Assembly: GCA_951406725.2 (NCBI GenBank)
Contig: OX597825.1
Coordinates: forward strand, 84,506,001 to 84,570,000
Source of the DNA: Octopus vulgaris
Taxonomy: Eukaryota
Direction of reading: 5' to 3'
Length of the DNA: 64,000 nt
In this document: in pieces, positions 11,546 to 25,831 of the stretch
Layout of the letters: each line of letters starts with the position of its first letter
Numbering within the stretch: position 1 is the first letter of the stretch
The notes under the pieces: generated by a model
The model's database searches: none
Told to the model about the DNA's origin: nothing
Seen by the model: the letters and a program-made list of their open reading frames with translations, nothing else
Translations under genes and position numbers: made by a program

Positions 11546-12820
11546 CACACACAGACACACAACACATGCATACCCTCTCTCCCACACACATACACACACA
11601 CAGTATGAATCTTGACTGGAGATATTAAATTGATATTTGTTTATTTTGTTTGTGACTTGAGCTTTGTTTTGTTCGAACCCGCATCCTATTGATTTCTTTG
11701 CACAATACATCAATTCACATGAATTTTGTAATTAGCAGGTGAACAGTACTTCCTCACACCTACAAAAACAAGGTCATCGATGTCGTCTCTCTCGCGTACC
11801 GCAGCTTTTGACGTCATAGGTTTATTACAATATATTTTTAAACTATTTACCATTAAAAGCCACAAGAGGAGGAATATATATGGACAGAGTTAAATGCTGA
11901 GACATTGTCAATACGGGACTATAAAAGAGTTACAATAATATCCATTACGTTATTCTGATTGTATTTCCTTGTCTAAGAAATCTTATAAATGAAGCTGGTT
12001 TTCATTACTCTTTCAGGAAACAATTTGTATAGCGGGAGCATTGCGATGCAAGATGCTATTTTTCAATTCCGTGCTGGAATTTGTCCGTCCTGCTATTGTA
12101 TGATATTCTGGCCAGAATCGCTAAATTCGATGATCAATTATTGCGGCGGATAGTGTTTGTGTATTGGGAACAAGATTTTATGAGATGCGTTTGTGCGTTG
12201 GCCATGATCATATAATCTTTCGTTGTTGTTTTTATGTGAGAATAACAATCTGTTATTATGATTTCCTAAATTTCTTTCAAGCTGTGAAAGCAGCAAAACT
12301 ATTTGTATGTTCACGGAAGAAATAATGGTAGATAGCTTTCAGTAAGCTCAATAGTTCAGATTAATTATTCTTGCAGTTATGGATAATCTCAGATTTCCAA
12401 TACCGAAAGTCTTCCATGATTTAGAATAAATACAAAGGGAATTAATATTACAAACTGGATTGGTGATATATTTCAAATATAATTCCATCGAACGAAAGAC
12501 ATTTCGTATTTTTCGCTCATGAGCGACATTCACAAACAGGTTACCTCGGTTAAATAATCATTTCATATTTTTCTGGTTCACATTTATTACAATTACGAAT
12601 AGCCCGAAATTGTAGAATTACCTTAGATTTAACTATCATGTTATATTTAGTAAACAATGCAAAGAATTACAAACAAATGTCTTTGCAACATTCATTTTCG
12701 TCTTTCAAAATCTGGATTTGCTATCCGCCGCACCCCAAATAAAAAGAAAATAATGAAAGGCCCACTTGTCTGTTATGCGCTCAAATCGCCTTTCGCATCT
12801 ATATTATGTATATTAACATT

Positions 12821-13012
12821 AAGGGAGCGAGCTGGCAGAACTGTTAGCACGTTGGACGAAACGCTTAGCGGTATTTCGTCTGCCACTACGTTCTGAGTTC
12901 AATTTCCGCCGCTGTCATCTTTGCCGTTCTTCCTTTCGGTGCCGATGAATTAATTACACTGGGGTTGATATAATCGACTAGACCTCTCTCCCGAAATTTC
13001 CATTTAGTAGAA
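12821..13012 (+). mobile_element. SINE family A
   Basis: gcgagctggcagaactgttagcacg...ttctgagttcaatttccgcc...ctggggttgatataatcgact. Confidence 0.88.
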
Positions 13013-13069
13013 ATAATCATATATATTAACATTAATTTTTATCAAATTTAATTCAAGTAAATCGATGTG

Positions 13070-13210
13070 CTAATGGAGTTCATCTTCGGCTGAGGCCAAC
13101 TTTACCATCCATCCTTTCGAGGTCGGTAGAATGAGCCCCAGTTGAGCACTGGTATTGAGGAAATCGACTTACTCACTCACCTGAACTTTCTGGCCTTGTA
13201 CCAGAATTTC
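13070..13210 (+). mobile_element. SINE family A, 5'-truncated and diverged
   Basis: ccaactttaccatccatcctttcgaggtcggtagaatgag...cagttgagcactgg...aatcgactt...ctggccttgtaccagaattt. Confidence 0.7.
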
Positions 13211-13236
13211 TGCACTGACGTTAATTTAAATATATA

Positions 13237-13497
13237 AATAAAAAATAAATGCGACCTTTTAAAGCCTAGCCAGGCTCATGGGCCCAGTTTCCCGGTTTCA
13301 GTGAGGTATGTGTTCCCCAGCTGGACGGGCCGCCAGTCCATCGCAGCGTTACTCATTTTTGCCAGTTGAGTGAACTGGAGCAACTTTAATTGAAGTGTTT
13401 TGCTCAAGAACACAACGGTCACCCTGTCCAGGAATCGAAACCACAATCTTACGATCATAATGCTGATACCCTAACCACTAAGCCACAGGCCTCCACA
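13237..13497 (-). mobile_element. tRNA-derived CORE-type SINE, family C, full length with 15-bp TSD
   Basis: Minus strand: gtggcttagtggttag (A-box), gtttcgattcc (B-box), ttgtgttcttgagcaaaacactt (CORE-like), T-rich tail. Direct repeat taatttaaatatata at 13222-13236 and 13498-13512. Confidence 0.9.
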
Positions 13498-13545
13498 TAA
13501 TTTAAATATATACTAACATTAAATTTAAATAAATTGAATTGGAGT

Positions 13546-13760
13546 AAGGGGAGATGCTGGTAGAATCGTTAAAGATTCGTAAAATTGCCGTCAGTATTTG
13601 TCCCAGATCTTTAAGTTCTGATATCAAGAGGCATACGTAAGGGTTAACTTTGCGTTCCATATTCAGAGTCAGAAAATTAAAGTACCACTCAAGTAATGGC
13701 GTTTATAGCCTGAGCTAAACACCGACAACATTCTTCGATTTCCACCTAAAATAGGAACAA
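13546..13760 (+). mobile_element. SINE family A, highly diverged
   Basis: gctggtagaatcgtta...gttctgatatcaa...aactttgcgttccat...aaattaaagtaccactcaagta. Confidence 0.6.
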
Positions 13761-14131
13761 ATTTGCTGATTTTGTTTGTCGTATTTTTCACTGGAAAATT
13801 CTTGTAATTATGTATCGAACTAGTATCGAAACCAGAGATAAATGTTTAAAACTACATTTTTAGTTCACTGTACTCAAAATATTCAATCATGAAAATATCT
13901 ATGAATATTTTTCATCATTATTATTTTAGCAATTCACTCTTTAAAAAAAAAAGATATTATAACTATTTTTTGTCAATATCACAGGAATTTATGCAACTTA
14001 ATATGTTATATCACTGTAATGATGTGTGTTCTGATGTATTGATAAAATATTTCTTTTCTCGATCAAGTTAAATAATATGCATATACAATAATTGCACATT
14101 GCTTTTACGAGTAAATAAACGTTTAAATTAT

Positions 14132-14176
<45 letters not shown>

Positions 14177-15039
14177 CATGTGTGTGTATACAAATATAAA
14201 AACGCGTATTGTATATTTTATTATTATGGAGATTAAGCAATATGTTTATATATAACAAAAAAAAAAACTTCCTTTCCCATCACCATCAATATTTTCATTC
14301 TTAAGTAAGGAAAAAATCTGGAAATTTCCTTTAATAATTCTAGCTACAAAACACAATCATATCGACATTCGAGGAAGCTTTCATTCTACCCCTTTTCCCA
14401 ACTGAATCATGTGAAAATTTATAGAAATATATTTACTGTCATTAAAATGAAGACATTTGGCCAAATCACAATAAATGAAATATTTTAAATATTTGAGAAA
14501 AGGAAAAAATTAGATTTCATTCTAAAATATATATTAATGCAAAATTTAGTAGAAGCGTTCTTTTTTTTTTGTTATAGAAAAACTTATACTTTTCTGAATT
14601 GCTGCTGACTGGCCGGATGCTTAAGAATATTATTTCGTAACTACTATGTATCGAGTTCTATCCTACTTCATGTTATGGTGAGCATTTCCCATTTTCTATA
14701 TCCCCAGGTCGACGGAAACTGTCATTTGTGTCTGTAATTAAAAAAGAACTGGCTTGTCTCTCTCTCTCTCTCACACACAAGCACAAATACACACACACAC
14801 AAGAACAAACTCACATGCACACACGTCGCCCTTGCTGATTTTGCTTGGGAATTAAGTTGACAGTACACATGTTTGCGGAGTACTCAGCCACTTACACGTT
14901 AGTTCGGGAGCAAGTAATTCAGCTGATTGACCAAATGAATCATCATCACTAAAGGACGGAGATCCCACAACTCACCTTTCTTCTTATAGATTCAGATTTA
15001 CACACACACGTTGATACACACACGTACACATACACACAC

Positions 15040-15078
15040 ATGTATATATATATATATATATATATACATATACATACG

Positions 15079-15169
<91 letters not shown>

Positions 15170-15170
15170 A

Positions 15171-15224
<54 letters not shown>

Positions 15225-15225
15225 G
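15040..15225. repeat. (TA)n/(GATA)n microsatellite
   Basis: Directly visible. Confidence 0.95.
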
Positions 15226-17061
15226 TAAATACAGAGAAAGTGAGAGAGAGTAAGAAAGAGAGAAAGAGGGACACACAATTTATATAAATAAATTTATTGT
15301 TACTAAAATGAGAATATTTCACTCAAATATACCAAACAAAATGCCTTAATGTGTAGAAAAGTATCATTCGCAATTAAAATGCAATTCAAAATAAGTTTTT
15401 TTTAATACAATTTTACATCAATTATTTACCTCTTCTATTCTGGTAAGGAATCTAAATATCTAGATAGATAGTAGAAAATACATTTTGCAGCAGCTTTGGA
15501 AAACATTTTTTTTTAGCACCAAACATCTTTACCATCGAATGTATCAAGGTTTGGTAAACACTCACATCAATTCATTTTGCTAAGGGCACTATGTGTCGTT
15601 TAGCAAGTAAACATGGAATAAGAAAAAAGGCGATACAATTCAGGAGAATTGAAAAGATAAACTAGCAATTGGTATTTTAAAAGAGAATAAGAGAAAAAGT
15701 ATCGACTTAATTAATATATCTAACGGCTACGAGGGAAGTAATGAACTCACTAACCTGCTAGTTCAGCCACCTACTCTGTAGTTTTTAAGCTGAAAGTGCA
15801 AGATAGAGGGCGAAGGAAGAAGATAGAAGGAGAAGACCTTTGGAGTAGAAGGGTAAAGTAGAGGAAGGAAGATAATGAGGGTGGAGAAATGAGAGAAAGG
15901 GAGAAAAGAGAAAATGGGTAACAGCAGAGAGAGTTGGTCTGAAGGAGAGATATTGTTTTATTGAAAAAAGTTGTTGGGGTGGTAGCTGACAAATAATTGC
16001 TGAAACTGAACACATTAAGCGCCAAATCTTTCACAATCCCCAGCGTTTTATAAAAGCTACATTAGACAATAGAGTTGTAAAGTTACTGATATACAAAGGA
16101 GAGGATTGGTATATGCAGAGCGTGGTGTTTTTTTTCTCTGAAAGGCGGCTAACCTGGTAAGTCACGACAAAAGCAGTGAATATTTAGAGATGGTGCTTTA
16201 GGATTCTACGCAACTGAACGACCTAATACATATGAGAGTAAAATACCCTTCAAATCCCAGCCTACCTTTAAGCATTAATAAATGATATATTTGAATGAAG
16301 TTCCATAAATATTTTTGGAGAAAGGGAAAAAAAAATCAAATCTGTTGCGGATTCTCCAAATGTTATCTATTAGCTGCTCAGTGAAGATTTCTAGGACATT
16401 CCAAAGATTCCATCACAGGTTCTTTAAACGAGTAAATGTACACAGTTGGGCGTTTACATAGATTAACCAAACACACGAACTTTCCAACATACTTAAAAAC
16501 ACCGGAAACTCTCTTAACACAAAAAGTCTAGTCGCTTCGTTAGCGACCGGCTTCAACTCCTTTTTGAAGAAATTAAATAAAACACAAAGAAAAAACGTAC
16601 ACACACACACAACACACACATACATACATACATACATTCATACATACACACATACATACCTACATACATACATACATACATACATACATACATGCATATG
16701 GATGTAGTTAACAGTGTTTAATCAGAGTGGGTGTCTGTGAATACACGTCATTGAAAGGGCCCAACTAGGCTGAAATACACCTGGCCTTAAAGTAGCTGCT
16801 GCTCGGACGATTTCCCTCTCGCTCCGATGTATAAATTATGTTGTCAAACACAGCACGCTCATACGAAATGTTAGGTCCGGACGAATACCTTACCATATTT
16901 GGCTTTCAGCGATGCGTCTTACATTGAATATGGTATATACATGGTTATTATACACTAATGCTGTTTCTATTGCATATAACATATACATGTGTGTGCCTAT
17001 ATGTGTGTATGTGGTGTGTGCGTGTATGGTATATGTGTATGTATTTGTGTATGCATATACA

Positions 17062-17132
<71 letters not shown>

Positions 17133-17423
17133 ATACACGCAAGTGTATGTACTCTTTTGTGTATCTGAAAGGAAGAACTATTGTTAACGCGTCGCATTTC
17201 AAATTTATTATAAAACATTATCCCTTAAATATTTGCTTTTTTTTACGTAATTTTTATGAATACCGCCGTTGCGGCACATTAAACGTGTAATAAAATAAAG
17301 CAACCATTATCATAAAACGTTTAACATATTTTAAAACTATGGAGTGCACTCTTTCTGTCATTTCTATGTGTCTACGTTTGTCTGTCTGTCTCTCAGTCTG
17401 TCTGTCTGTCTGTCTGTCTGTCT

Positions 17424-17903
17424 GTATGTATGCATTGTTTTATGTATGCATCCTCATGCATATAGTTGACTATCTAGACATGCTCGTATATATTTAAATG
17501 ATAAACCTCTGGAAAGTTTTACAGATTTATACAGTTCCAGTGACGGATTGGATCTGTAGTCTTCGAATAAGCCTTCTCCTTTTTGGTTTTGAGAAACCTA
17601 ATTTCTCAAGATTGGTATTTAGGCAGTGTGTTATATATCCCAGGGCCCCAATAATTACAGGTAGAAACCTGAACTTGTACTCTGGATAGAATAACTGCAA
17701 ATTTCTCAGTAGTTCAGTAAAGATATTCCCTTTTTCCCCGATCTTCAGCTTTTTGTTAACATCTTCTGGGCAGGTAATTACCACAACTGTGCACAGGTTC
17801 TCTTCTCTATCCCAAATGATTATATCAGGTCTGTTGTGCTTACATTTTATTGAGGTCTTCACTGGAACATTCCACCCGTATTCCTTTTTATTATGAGTGG
17901 CTA
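17424..17903 (-). mobile_element. 5'-truncated R4/Dong-clade retrotransposon (family 1), restriction-like endonuclease C-terminus
   Basis: Translates to WNVPVKTSIKCKHNRPDIIIWDREENLCTVVVITCPED...EKGN...FRFLPVIIGALGYITHCLNTNLEKLG, with the RPD catalytic motif of RLE-type elements and a premature stop at 17527. (TACA)n-type repeats at both ends. Confidence 0.92.
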
Positions 17904-18029
17904 TGGCGTATGTATGTACGTATGTATGTGTATGTGTGTGTGTGTGTATGTATATATGTATGAATGTAGGAGTATGATTAGGTTTATTTGCATGTATATG
18001 TGCGTATATGTATGCGCGAATGCCAAATT

Positions 18030-18275
18030 AATCTGAAAAAGGTCCCTGAATAAGGGTTGTTTAAGGATGTTGAACAAAACACCCACGTTTCCAGAGGTAA
18101 ATTATTCACACCCCAAAGAATCCCTCTCAACCCATGGCTATGATGCTACCAACTATATCTGCTCGGGATCAGAGATGCACGTTTCACCAGCCACTAAAGG
18201 ATATGTTTAACTGGTTAAGGTCCAACAACTGACAAGCAAATTTGTGCTACTGAGTGGAATATTTGCTGTCCCGTC
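18030..18275. mobile_element. Probable interspersed repeat, unclassified
   Basis: Complex, higher-GC segment that I recall as an abundant octopus repeat. Only one copy here, so unverified. Confidence 0.35.
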
Positions 18276-18747
18276 TATCCAATATCACTGAAACCCACTG
18301 GGTACAATCGAAAATATTTAGACAAGACACCGAATAGTCCAATGTGACTAGGAAGTGAACAACCTGACAAGCTATACTTAGACCTTATCTTTTGGTACCT
18401 TCTTCGATAAATAGGGAAACAGGTAGGCTTGAAACAACTATCAGAATCTTTTCCAGATTCGTAATATCGATAACGACTTTTTATTACGTTTCGAGGAACC
18501 TGGAATTACCATTTTTTTTCAACCTAGCAACTTAAAGAAGTTACCAGAATCCAATGTTTTAGAAGTGGTGTAGCGAAGACCTTATATGGCTTGAAAGACT
18601 TTCGTTCTGTTTTAGAATTGCCCAAGACAGTCATAGCTTTACTGTTATCAATATCAATATGAATATGAATATACATACATGCATGCATATCATACATACA
18701 TACAAAGATTCATGCATATATATATATATATATACAGAAACATACAT

Positions 18748-18790
<43 letters not shown>

Positions 18791-18791
18791 T

Positions 18792-18832
<41 letters not shown>

Positions 18833-19068
18833 AATAGGCGTGTGTGTGTGTATGTATATATATATATATGGAACAAAACAGTTTGATTAAAATTCGTTGA
18901 TACTCCGAGTTTCAAGCTTGATGCTAATTTTCAGCCATTTTGAATTTGAATATATATTTCTTCACTGCAAGAAACTGTCAGTAGCTCTTATGTTTATATG
19001 CGTACAAGAAACTATATATATATACATATACGTACATATATCTATCTCTCTATTTCTCTCTCTATATA

Positions 19069-19142
<74 letters not shown>

Positions 19143-20046
19143 TACATACATACTTACATACATACATACATACATACGTACATACATACATACATACATA
19201 CATACATACATACATACATACAAAATGTAATCTAGCGCGCAGTCATTCACTTCTTTATAACATAATTTATACACCCGACTCCAAAACGCATTAACTCGGA
19301 AGTAAACCAATTTTCTTATACCATAATTGATGACAAGAGTCAATATTACGTGAACACATTTTTTGGTACTCTCATTCTATTATCTATTAATAAATACTAA
19401 ATTGACAACATAAAATATTACAACATAGAAAACACGCTAACGATAATTGGGGATATTACTAATAAACATGCAGTGATATTAACGTGATAGATAAAAAAAT
19501 ATTACTGTCTTCTGAAATATCGGTGCTGGTTACAGATTGTGAATATATATTAGTGTTATTATTAATTTTTACATTTTGCTTGATAGCTTTACCTCGATGT
19601 TGATGTAAATGGTTGTACGATTTAAGGTCGTTATCTGAATGCCTACACGGTGTTAATCTATGCTTGCTAATCCGCTCTGCGTGAGCTGCAAAAGGAAGAG
19701 AATATACACATGTAGATCTAAATACTTGTAAATACATGTAGATCTAAATATCAACATGGCGACGTACAAGTCAGAAATGTATTGAAGGGGAACAAAAGTA
19801 AACAACATCTACCATAAAAAATCAAAACAGAAGTTCATATATTATCTAGGGTTTCTCTGGCATTGCTAAAATTTGTTGTAACACAGTTCGTGTTGTTGTT
19901 GCTGATGATGTTATGGATGTTATGGATGTATAGACGTACATATGAATATAATTTGTGGATATATTAACCTCGTGAAGAGATGGTTGCATCCAAAGAAATA
20001 CTGGTTCAGTACCTAGTATTTAGGGGGAATGAAATTACTTTAAGAC

Positions 20047-20047
20047 A

Positions 20048-20116
<69 letters not shown>

Positions 20117-20143
20117 TTCATCATCATCAATATTCTTCTTCTT

Positions 20144-20241
<98 letters not shown>

Positions 20242-20254
20242 CATCATCATCATC

Positions 20255-20292
<38 letters not shown>

Positions 20293-20337
20293 CATCATCA
20301 TCATCAATAATATTATTATTATTATCATCATCATCAA

Positions 20338-20400
<63 letters not shown>

Positions 20401-20412
20401 CATCATCATCAA

Positions 20413-20460
<48 letters not shown>

Positions 20461-20472
20461 CATCATCATCAA

Positions 20473-20517
<45 letters not shown>

Positions 20518-20529
20518 CATCATCATCAA

Positions 20530-20571
<42 letters not shown>

Positions 20572-20652
20572 CATCATCATCAATATTATTATTATTATTA
20601 TTATTATGATTATTATTATGATTATTATTGTAATTATAATTATTATTATTAT
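20047..20652. repeat. Higher-order triplet repeat [(TTA)n(TCA)4-5 ATA] x7 with a (TTC)n block
   Basis: Recurrent tcatcatcatcaata spacers between (TTA)n runs. Confidence 0.95.
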
Positions 20653-21326
20653 TTCGAATGGGCATACTGATACCAAAAACCTGGCGTTAGAACTCATCAT
20701 ACATTGATTGGCTTCGAAAGAAAACGTCAGTGGAGTACAGAGATCAATAGTTAAAAGGTAAATGAATGAAAGGGAATATGCATTTCTGTCAGGAATTTTA
20801 AAGCGGTTTCTGCTATAAGATGCAAGAGGTTCATTGATGAGAGCTTGCGCATCACCTTATAATTTTATCGTTGTTTTAAATATAGATGTAGTTGTAGGAT
20901 ATAGGTAGACATGTATACACATATAGATACAGACAAACATATGTGTGTGTGTGTGTGTGTGTGTGTACGTGGGTGTTTTGCCGTGTGTGGAGGGAAATGG
21001 AAATAGAGAAACGAACAGGTAGAGAGAAAGGTAAAGGCAAAATGGTTGTGAGTTATATAATAAAGGATGAACTCCAGTTTTGGAATGTCATCTATTTTTA
21101 TATAAGTATACAGGAAATAGAGCTGTCACAGACACGCGCGCTCGCTCTCTCACACACACACACACATACTCATGCAGAAACACATACGGAGGAGACACAC
21201 AAATCGAGTTATCTTTCACTGACATTAAAATGTAACTGAGAAGTCACCAGGTTGTGGAGTTGTTATAGAATTACGCATATTATGGAAAAAAAGAAAAGTT
21301 GAGTATTGTATAGGACACCAACAAAT

Positions 21327-21375
<49 letters not shown>

Positions 21376-21529
21376 TGCAAGTGCTTATGTATACATTCAT
21401 CTCTCTGTATATTCAACCTACTTTTCTTTTTAAAAAAATCGAAGATAAAGCCGTTTTCTAGCGTTGGGAAAGGCCTACCTCATTAGAACTCCGACTTCAA
21501 CGTGGTAATACAGTTTATATATTTGTATG

Positions 21530-21589
<60 letters not shown>

Positions 21590-21675
21590 TATACACTTAC
21601 ATATTAATAGATATGTATATGTCTATCAATATATATACATATACATATATATATATACTTATATATATATGTATG

Positions 21676-21725
<50 letters not shown>

Positions 21726-22019
21726 CACGTATGAATACTCGTATATAATTGCATGCGTGGATATTATTGCATAGGTGTGTCTGTGTATATTGTAATATGT
21801 GCATACCAACATACATTTACATGTCTCTATACGTCTATATACACTTATCACATGTTATAACAATACCTCTTGAAAATGTTCTTGATAGTTTCAATGCGCC
21901 CTGGATTCGTTGAAGCGGTGATCTTCTAATTAGGCGCCACCTTTCTGGTTTTTATGAAACCCAGTCACTCAACATTAGTACGGAGGTAGGTTGTCAGGTA
22001 ACCAAGTGGTTCAATAATA

Positions 22020-22234
22020 GTAGTTAGCAATCAAATTTTCGGCATTGATATATGACGGATTCTAAACAATGTGAATGAAATTAGTATTAAATAGAACGAA
22101 GTGATCTGAATGCTGAAGGGTGATCGAAAAATATAAAAGAAAATATGAACCATCGAATGGCCATGATGATCCAATTGAATAAAATATGAACCCAAGGCCT
22201 CCAAAGGTAAAATAAAAATAGTTGAGAACCACTG
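22020..22234. mobile_element. Possible hAT-type MITE remnant, right end only
   Basis: Ends gttgagaaccactg, the reverse complement of a CAGTGGTTCTCAAC hAT/Charlie-like TIR, followed by agttagac. Left TIR not convincing. Confidence 0.4.
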
Positions 22235-23364
22235 AGTTAGACGTGGCCATTCTAAGCCAAATGTTTCTCTCATCCCCAATGCTCTTACGCGCTGCACTTT
22301 TTGCTCTCTTTTTTATATCGTGTTTCGAAACCACGACCCTAGCATTACCGTAAAGCATTTAATAATTCTCTAAGTAGTCGTTGTCTTACTTGTTGTGTTC
22401 GATATTTTATTTGAATTCGTTAATGATGCACTATTGATCGACTTCATTATAATTATTTACTAAGTACATTATCATTCTTCGCTGTATTTGAATGTGGCAA
22501 GTGTCAACATTGCGGCTCTCGTTTATATTCTCGCCTCCAAATGTCCTCCTCTGCGCTTTCGCCATCATCGTCATAAAATTAATAGCAGCAGCAGCAGCAG
22601 CGGTACCAACACTATCACTTTTATCATGTTGATGATGATGTCGATGATAATGATGGCGGTCATCATCGTCATCATTGATGGCATAGTTGACGTCATTATC
22701 GCTGGTGTGTCTCTTGTTTGAAACCAGAAAGAGGAAGGTCAGAAATGAAAGCAGGAAATGAAACGAGAAATAAGAAATCCAACAAAAAAAAAAAAAATAT
22801 ACAAAAAAGAGAAAAAGAGATAGCGAGAGAGAGAGAGAAGGAGGGAATGAGAAAGAGAGAGAGAAAGAGGGAATGAGAAAGAGAGAAGCCTGACAAAAGT
22901 ATAAAAAGATAATAGAAATATCATTCTTGTTTCTAGGTTTATTACAAGAGAGCGAATCCTTACCTCCCACCGCTATTTCCCAACCACCCTTTCTCAACCT
23001 CTAATCTCCTCCTCCTCCCCCTCCTCCTCCCATCTCTCTCTCTCTCTCTGTATCTCTGTATCTCTTCCTCTTCATCAACGTCTTTTCACATTAAACAAGA
23101 GACAACAAAAAAACTCACCGAACGTCGCTTCGCGAGAAGTGAACGCAAATGCTGGGGTAAAGGGCGATAATCATCAGAGGCCAAACAGGAAATTAGATCA
23201 TTCGAAATTTGCGTTCGTTCTCCGTGTTTACAATATTGTATACATTGGATGCGGTTTATTGTATTTGGGTGAGAGAGAGAGAGAGAAAGAGTGGCAAAAC
23301 CTATAGAAAGGGGTTAAGGTTTAAGTAACAATCCTGATCGTTATTTAGATTAGGATGTGCGGTC

Positions 23365-23422
<58 letters not shown>

Positions 23423-23669
23423 GGGTTGTTGCTTTTGCTGTAATACACAGGTAGCCGCGCACATACAAATCACGAATATACGCATAATCGTACACGCACG
23501 CACGCACACGCTCACACACACACATATGCATATATATATATATATATATATATAGTTATGCACTCACACACACACATACCACACATATGACACCAGAGAA
23601 TAGACCAACTTGATGGAGCGTAATTAATACAAATAGCTATTAGTTTAAAGACTATATATATGTGTGTGT

Positions 23670-23702
<33 letters not shown>

Positions 23703-23875
23703 CTAACGAATGTATATATGTCGGTGATCAATTGGTTCAGCCAGTTGGTTATAGGTTTAATTAAATATTATTGAGATGGCCATCCCATTTAATTTGCTAA
23801 CAATACATTTATTTATATATATATATATATACATACATACATATATATACATACATATATAAATATATATATATT

Positions 23876-23928
<53 letters not shown>

Positions 23929-24015
23929 GCATACATATATACACATATGTATACATACATATATATATATACATACATACATATATATACATACATATAT
24001 AAATATATATATATC

Positions 24016-24076
<61 letters not shown>

Positions 24077-24823
24077 AAGAGATATATGAAAGAGATATTT
24101 TACCAGATGAAATGGGATGGTCGTCTGAATTATACATACATACATACATACATATAAATATGGTTGTGATCGTGTGCGTATGTACGTGTAAAACTCTGTG
24201 TGTACATATGTATGTATATATACATATATGCATGTGTCTGTGTAATTATAAGCGCATATATATGTGTGTATGTATATACTTATATATATATATATGTATG
24301 TATATATATTTATACATATATATCTGTGCGTATGTGTTTGCGTAAATATTAACAACCGTTCGTCATCAGCGCTATTCAAAGTGAGAATTGTCTGCAGGCG
24401 AAACGAAATACATTTTGTACGGTGCAGAACATGTCTCTCCACTTAACTAATAATCTTAGGAAGACACAGCTCAAAGATATTTCGCAGCGGTTTTTGTTGT
24501 TTAGCAAATTTAATCAGGACTGATCGAGAGTCTTGATAGAATACAATTATTCGTCCGAGCAAGCATAAGTTTATTCGTGGATCTACTGTTTAACATACAC
24601 CACACCTACTCGTAACCGTGAAGCTTGCTGTAAACTCCACACAATGAAGAGTGTCGAAGACGTAATCGTGTTGCACTCCGCCCTTTTCTCTGTGATGTTC
24701 GCCTCTCTGCACCTTTCTGCGATCAGGAATTAAGCTGCAGTCGAATACACGAGGGACAATCACATCCCGTGCTATTGCTTCCACTTTCCATGGTACCACT
24801 AAAGAGTCGTCACTAGATGGAGT

Positions 24824-24943
24824 GTATGAAGACTGTGTTGGCCAGGTACAATAAGTCTGTGTGTCAGGTATGAAGATGCTTCTTGGCCAGGTACAATAAG
24901 TCTGGGTGTCAGGTATGAAGATCCTTGTTGGCCAGGTGCAATG
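24824..24943. repeat. 45-bp tandem repeat, about 2.7 copies
   Basis: gtatgaagat(g/c)ctt(c/g)ttggccaggtacaataagtctg(t/g)gtgtcag units start at 24824, 24868 and 24913. Confidence 0.92.
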
Positions 24944-25831
24944 GAGCCCAGTGCACCCACGTGGTGTGACTAAATAGATAGTATGTTTGTAAATTTACTA
25001 AACAATGTTTATCTCTCATCCTCGTATGATTGTTCCATTTTTCTGAATTATAATGAAATTAAGGAGAAAGGATATCGTGGCAAAATTTGGTCGTATGGTG
25101 AAAGATAAAACAAACCCCTGTATTAAAGAAATTTCCAGGGACTGTTAGTTGAGGTGTTATCCTTGTGAGTGTAACAGATATTTGAGAGACGAAGAGGGGT
25201 GCTCGGAGTAGATGGAAGTGGAAAGACAAAAAAGATACAGTAGCATAAGCTACAACAAAAACTCCTGGGAACTGTTTGATGAGAAATCTCATTTGGAATT
25301 TGAAGAAAATAAAAAATGATTGCCAGAAGACGTCTTTGTTTCTGCTATCATCTGGCGACAATGAAGAAGACATGGAGGATAACGAAATGCTGCACAATGT
25401 ATCGTCCAGAGTAAATAATCGAAACTACATCCCTCCATTGGGCTGAGCCCGACAAAAAAGCAACAATAAATGAAAATAAACACAGAAAGTATAGGGAAAT
25501 CCAGCCCTAAAAGCAGAATGCGTGTAACGTATACGGAACCATCTTTATTTCACCGTAAAATTGTATCAACTCCTTCCAATAAGCAATGCAGTACTTGACA
25601 GCTTTTTTCAACAAAATATAGACGGACTTAAGTAATGAGAAGTGGTAGACTAAGAAGGCAATTGGCTTCCTCTGAGTAAAATATGCCAGAGGCAGACTTT
25701 CAATGAAGACAAAAAAGTGTAAAAATGGAGTTAATGAAATCGACTTATACACTTCCTCCAACTCACTGGCCTTATGCCAAAATTTGAAACCAACATTATT
25801 AATATTGTTGTTCTTATTGTTACCATTGATT

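Noticed and set aside
19980-20700. ORFs over 200 aa (poly-L/S, poly-N/D, poly-I/M)
   Set aside because: Explained entirely by triplet repeats that are open in several frames on both strands.
22431-22997. 188-aa ORF with D/H/A runs
   Set aside because: Built from (GAT)n, (CAG)n and CT tracts; no recognisable protein.
24824-24943. Possible CRISPR-like array
   Set aside because: Units are contiguous with no unique spacers, there are no cas genes, and the context is eukaryotic.
25059-25400. Possible LINE endonuclease remnants, also 32780-33280 and 54980-55250, and an RTE-like trace at 18300-18630
   Set aside because: Only faint motif resemblance (for example TGVCFIF); too degraded to support without a profile search.
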